From contig CANOQA010000003.1 of NCBI GenBank assembly GCA_947568765.1, positions 28,468 to 92,467 of the forward strand: a stretch of DNA of 64,000 nt. Reading direction: 5' to 3'. The translations under genes were made by a program, and so were the position numbers. Positions within the stretch are counted from its first letter, which is position 1; each line of letters opens with the position of its first letter. The notes under the pieces were generated by a model. That model was not told the DNA's origin. It made no database searches and saw nothing but the letters and a program-made list of their open reading frames with translations. Positions 59,241-64,000 of the stretch are shown piece by piece. This DNA is from an uncultured Lactobacillus sp. Its GTDB lineage: Bacteria > Bacillota > Bacilli > Lactobacillales > Lactobacillaceae.

Positions 59241-61868
59241 CTATTTAAGCCAAGAAAATACAGATTTTAAGTTAGTGTCTTTTTTATTTAATTTTTTCTC
59301 TTTTGCTTGTAAATTTACTGTTTTTTCTTCCTTTTGCTCATTTTTTTCTTTGATACTTTTATTATCCTTAGGTTGTTTTGTTTTTAAATCCTCCTTCTTT
59401 TTGCTTTTATCCTGTACTTTCGCACTTAATTCATTCCATTCATTAAATGTATAGTAGGTAATCTCAGTATTCCTATCTGCATCCCTAACTACAATTGCCT
59501 CTTGCTCAGGTACATAATTTAGGATTCTCGGTACCCCTTGCTTTTTCATTACCTTTGTTGCATCACTGGGATCAGTTACATAAAATGGTCGCTCAACATT
59601 CTCTAAAGCCTTTCCCTTAGAATCTACAGGAATAATTTGTCCATTTTGCTTGTAAGTCACACTCACATCGTAATTAGCCTTTTTAACTTCCATTTCCTCG
59701 ACTAAATTTTTATCAGCATGATAACCATCAATGACTGGTGTCCTTACCTCTGTATAGTAATCTTTATCTACAGTCCAAGGCGTAGTATATTTCCCATTTT
59801 CAATTAATTCACTGTTGTTTTCATTAACCGTCAAGGTTCTTGTCCACTTTGCAGCTTGCATTCTTATATGCGGTGTCTTATCACCAGCACCTTGATACTT
59901 AATTACTTCTTTTACTGGCACACTGTATAAAGTAGGATTAATTGGACGATACGGATGTTCACTATCAACAGGGATATAGCGTGGTTTTAAAACATAAGGA
60001 ACTCGAATATCTTTAAATGGATCATTAACTGTAATAGTTTGCTTAACTGGTGCATAGCCCTCTACTTCTGGTACTTCTTCCGTTATTAAGACGCGAACTG
60101 GATCATACGGATCATTAATATATGGGAAATGATGTGCGCCTTGAATTTCATTGTTATGTTCATCTACAGGAATCATCGTTCCAATTGGATAATAAGTAAC
60201 TGTTGCCAATAAATCAGTTTCAGTTATTGGATGTTCTCCAATTAATCCAATATCTGCACAATACCCTTTAATTACCGGAGTTGGGGTTGCTTCAAATATA
60301 TCTTTATCAGCTGTCCACTTTGTTGTATACATTCCATCTTCAAGAACCTCCCGACTAACTTCATCATAGGTAACTGTTCTCGTCCAATGAACAATTTGCT
60401 TTGCATCCTCAGGAGTCTTATCATCAGCACCTTGATAATGAACCCTGGCAGTAACAATTCGTTTATAGTATGCCGGACTAACCTCGGCTCTAGGATGATC
60501 TTCGTCTACTGCAATATATCTATGAACAACAAGGAATGGTACATAATAATCTCGACCTGGATCTGCAATTTTTACATCGTTTACTTGCTTAAATTTTATA
60601 TTTTCAACTTCTAATTTAGGAAAAATTGCTTCTGTTGGATCAAGTGAATTTGTGATCAACTGTTCTTTTGAGATACCAGCAAGTACATTATTATTCATAT
60701 CTACAGGAATTAAATAGCCATTTTTGTAGTATTTAATTTCTTCACTTACATCTTGATTATTAACCGGACATGCAGCTACTTCTTTAACCTTGGTATGATA
60801 AGCAGCAACTACCGGTACAGATATTGGAGGAAAAGTTTCTTCACTTCTCCATTTAGTTGTATAGTTACCTGCTGAAATAAGTTTTTTTGTTACTAAATCA
60901 AGAGTTAAATTACGTTTTAATTTAGCAGTTTGTACTACATCTTTAGGATTTTTATCAGACGCATCTATAAAACTAATTGTACGATGAACTTCTTTTTCAT
61001 ATAAATTCTGATTAACTTCTGAAGAAGGATGATCAGAATTAACCAGTTGTTTCTTATGCTTCATTACTATAAAGAAGGTCTGTACAGAATCTCTACTATT
61101 TCCAAATACTGGCTTTTTGTCGTTAGAATCAAAATTATTATTTACAAGTTCATAGCCCCTTTGAGTTAGATCTTTCAAGGTATCAGCTATATCATAGTTT
61201 ATTTCTTTTCCTGGTTTTCCTTTTAATTCGCCAGAAGTAGCTAATTCAGAATTATTATCCTCAACGTCAATAAACTTTATTTCTGCCTTTTGTCGTCTAG
61301 CATTTCTTTTATTTGGAAGATAAGTAACTACATATTCATGTGTTAAATTTTGGGGAGTTACCGCCTCGCCGCCCATTACTACTTTATCTGGGGTGTAATT
61401 TAAAACAAATGGTGTAGCAATTAAGGGCATATTAAATTTTTCAGGTTGCCATGCACTCATTGAAATTTTTTGTTTAGTTACTTTATCATATGTGATTCTT
61501 CTATTAAAAGTAACTTCGACTACATTATCAGACGTCGCTTCTTCAATTCCAGTGTAATGAACAACTTGCTTACCTTTTATTTGAACTTCGTTTTTTTGAC
61601 AACCATATTTTAAATTATTTGCAGTTATCTCTTCTTGTGCATGCTTAAAAGTAATTTGATATTCTTTAGAATTTTGATCAAAAAAATGTACGTCATTATT
61701 TGGATCAAAAGTATTATTAATTAGTACATAATTCTGATTAGTTAATTTTTCAATTTCATCAGCCGTACTATATTCTATTCTTTCCCCTACTTTTCCAGTT
61801 AGTTCACCTGAACTTGCGAGTTCAGCCAAATTATTATCTAAGTCTACATATTGAACAACAACTGACAT
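59241..61868 (-). CDS. Mucus-binding (MucBP/Mub-B2 repeat) protein lacking signal peptide and LPxTG
   Basis: Repeats YVDLDNN..ELASSGELTGK, HYQGA.DKTP, WTRT.T.D.V and TPVI.GY.AD; Lys-rich tail ending LKSVFSWLK. Confidence 0.85.
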   Translation of the reverse strand: MSVVVQYVDLDNNLAELASSGELTGKVGERIEYSTADEIEKLTNQNYVLINNTFDPNNDVHFFDQNSKEYQITFKHAQEEITANNLKYGCQKNEVQIKGKQVVHYTGIEEATSDNVVEVTFNRRITYDKVTKQKISMSAWQPEKFNMPLIATPFVLNYTPDKVVMGGEAVTPQNLTHEYVVTYLPNKRNARRQKAEIKFIDVEDNNSELATSGELKGKPGKEINYDIADTLKDLTQRGYELVNNNFDSNDKKPVFGNSRDSVQTFFIVMKHKKQLVNSDHPSSEVNQNLYEKEVHRTISFIDASDKNPKDVVQTAKLKRNLTLDLVTKKLISAGNYTTKWRSEETFPPISVPVVAAYHTKVKEVAACPVNNQDVSEEIKYYKNGYLIPVDMNNNVLAGISKEQLITNSLDPTEAIFPKLEVENIKFKQVNDVKIADPGRDYYVPFLVVHRYIAVDEDHPRAEVSPAYYKRIVTARVHYQGADDKTPEDAKQIVHWTRTVTYDEVSREVLEDGMYTTKWTADKDIFEATPTPVIKGYCADIGLIGEHPITETDLLATVTYYPIGTMIPVDEHNNEIQGAHHFPYINDPYDPVRVLITEEVPEVEGYAPVKQTITVNDPFKDIRVPYVLKPRYIPVDSEHPYRPINPTLYSVPVKEVIKYQGAGDKTPHIRMQAAKWTRTLTVNENNSELIENGKYTTPWTVDKDYYTEVRTPVIDGYHADKNLVEEMEVKKANYDVSVTYKQNGQIIPVDSKGKALENVERPFYVTDPSDATKVMKKQGVPRILNYVPEQEAIVVRDADRNTEITYYTFNEWNELSAKVQDKSKKKEDLKTKQPKDNKSIKEKNEQKEEKTVNLQAKEKKLNKKDTNLKSVFSWLK

Positions 61869-62127
61869 TGCTTATTTCCTCGTTTATTTTGTATTTTTAA
61901 TCATTTTTATAACACTTTGCAGTTTTATTTACTATATTTTTCCCTAATCATTATCATAAGGCACCCTATATTGATAAGCAAAAGAAAATATATTTTTTAT
62001 AACATTAACAGTTTCACATGAAACATCTGCAAAAGAAGTTTCAAAAAAATTAGATTTTGTGTTTTTATTAACAAACTCAAGTGTATAATAAAAGATGGTC
62101 ATACTATTAATTTTGACGGAGGTTTAA

Positions 62128-63144
<1,017 letters not shown>

Positions 63145-63219
63145 AGATTATATTATTGATAATTAAAAAGATCTTGAGATTTTTCTCAAGGTCTTTTTTC
63201 TACCCAAAGGATTCTTATT

Positions 63220-63795
63220 ATGAAACTACTTCTTACTGGCGACAGTATTATTGCTCGCTCCGAGAATCATACAATTCCGGAACTGAATTTTCAGCTGCAA
63301 AAAATGCTTGTCTGCGACATTCAAAATACTGCAATTTCAGGAATTAACTCTGGCGGACTTGCCCTTTCTCTCCCTAATTTAGTCTTTAATCAGCCTAAAT
63401 GTGACTACTTAATTATTCTAGTCGGCACTAACGACTTGGCCACGCATAAACAAGTAAGCCTTCATCAATTTGAAAACAACTTAGAATTGATTGCTTCAAG
63501 CATTATTTGGCTTTATTATCCAGAGAAAGTTATCTTTATCACGCCACCGGCAGTTGATGAAAATAAACAAAGAGTTAGAAACAATAACCTAGTCATGGAA
63601 TACGGTAATATTGTTAAAAAAGTAGCTAGAGAATACAGGTTTTCAGTTATTGATCTAGCAAGTAAAATGCTGGCAGAAGAAAACTTTCCTCAAATTTTTG
63701 ATGGCAAAAAGAATGATGGACTTCACTTCGGAGTCAACGGCTATAAATTACTAGCTAATCTAATTGTTAAAAAATTAAACCAAATTTCTAATTGA
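63220..63795 (+). CDS. SGNH/GDSL hydrolase
   Basis: GDSI, GTND and DGLH motifs. Confidence 0.92.
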   Translation: MKLLLTGDSIIARSENHTIPELNFQLQKMLVCDIQNTAISGINSGGLALSLPNLVFNQPKCDYLIILVGTNDLATHKQVSLHQFENNLELIASSIIWLYYPEKVIFITPPAVDENKQRVRNNNLVMEYGNIVKKVAREYRFSVIDLASKMLAEENFPQIFDGKKNDGLHFGVNGYKLLANLIVKKLNQISN

Positions 63796-63867
63796 CTTTT
63801 GGATGAGATTCGAGTAAAGTCTAGCTAATTTAATATTAAACGTTGCTTCTATAGAAAGGACTTTACA

Positions 63868-64000
63868 ATGAGTTTGTGGGAAACAAAATTTGCCAAAAAA
63901 GGATTAACTTTTGATGATGTACTTTTAATTCCAGCTGAAAGTCACGTGCTGCCTAATGAAGTTAAACTTGATACAAAATTAGCGCCTAACCTTCAGCTTC
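63868..64000 (+). CDS. guaB: IMP dehydrogenase, 5' end
   Basis: MSLWETKFAKKGLTFDDVLLIPAESHVLPNEV...; AGAAAGGA RBS. Confidence 0.93.
   Translation, partial: MSLWETKFAKKGLTFDDVLLIPAESHVLPNEVKLDTKLAPNLQL

Noticed and set aside
58907-59454. ORFs 58907..59107 and 59230..59454
   Set aside because: Antisense to intron RNA and to the Lys-rich tail of the Mub-like gene.
62005-62050. Possible Rex or CcpA operator upstream of ldhD (GTTTCACATGAAAC palindrome)
   Set aside because: Does not match either consensus well enough to call without a motif scan.

Overview
AT-rich chromosomal window from a Lactobacillus of the johnsonii/gasseri group. This assignment is inferred from the cbsT1-cbsT2-bsh operon, PepR, D-LDH and Tyr-type Ddl. 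The walRKHIJ-htrA-rlmH block with a DnaA-box cluster places it near the replication origin. Most of it is core and niche genes: ddl, a degenerate prs paralogue, rnhA, cls, DNA-repair genes, lysine- and TPP-riboswitch-controlled transporters, lemA/htpX, duplicated tRNA-Lys(CTT), bile salt hydrolase operon, flavocytochrome-c-type reductase, Mub-repeat protein, ldhD and the 5' end of guaB. Four decayed mobile elements are present: an internally deleted ISL3 with ends and target duplication, an IS-end MITE, an IS30 3' remnant and an ORF-deleted class IIC group II intron. The most notable unexplained items are: (i) an acyltransferase-GT8-GT8-(GT8)-acyltransferase operon next to the BSH locus; (ii) an HD 5'-deoxynucleotidase-like plus Zn-finger/HNH/coiled-coil two-gene operon; (iii) two candidate stand-alone small RNAs; (iv) a 46-aa basic protein with its own promoter and terminator, missed by the ORF track; (v) an apparent ATT start for cardiolipin synthase; (vi) a Mub-repeat protein with no export or anchor signal. 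No database searches were run; all family calls come from motif recognition.
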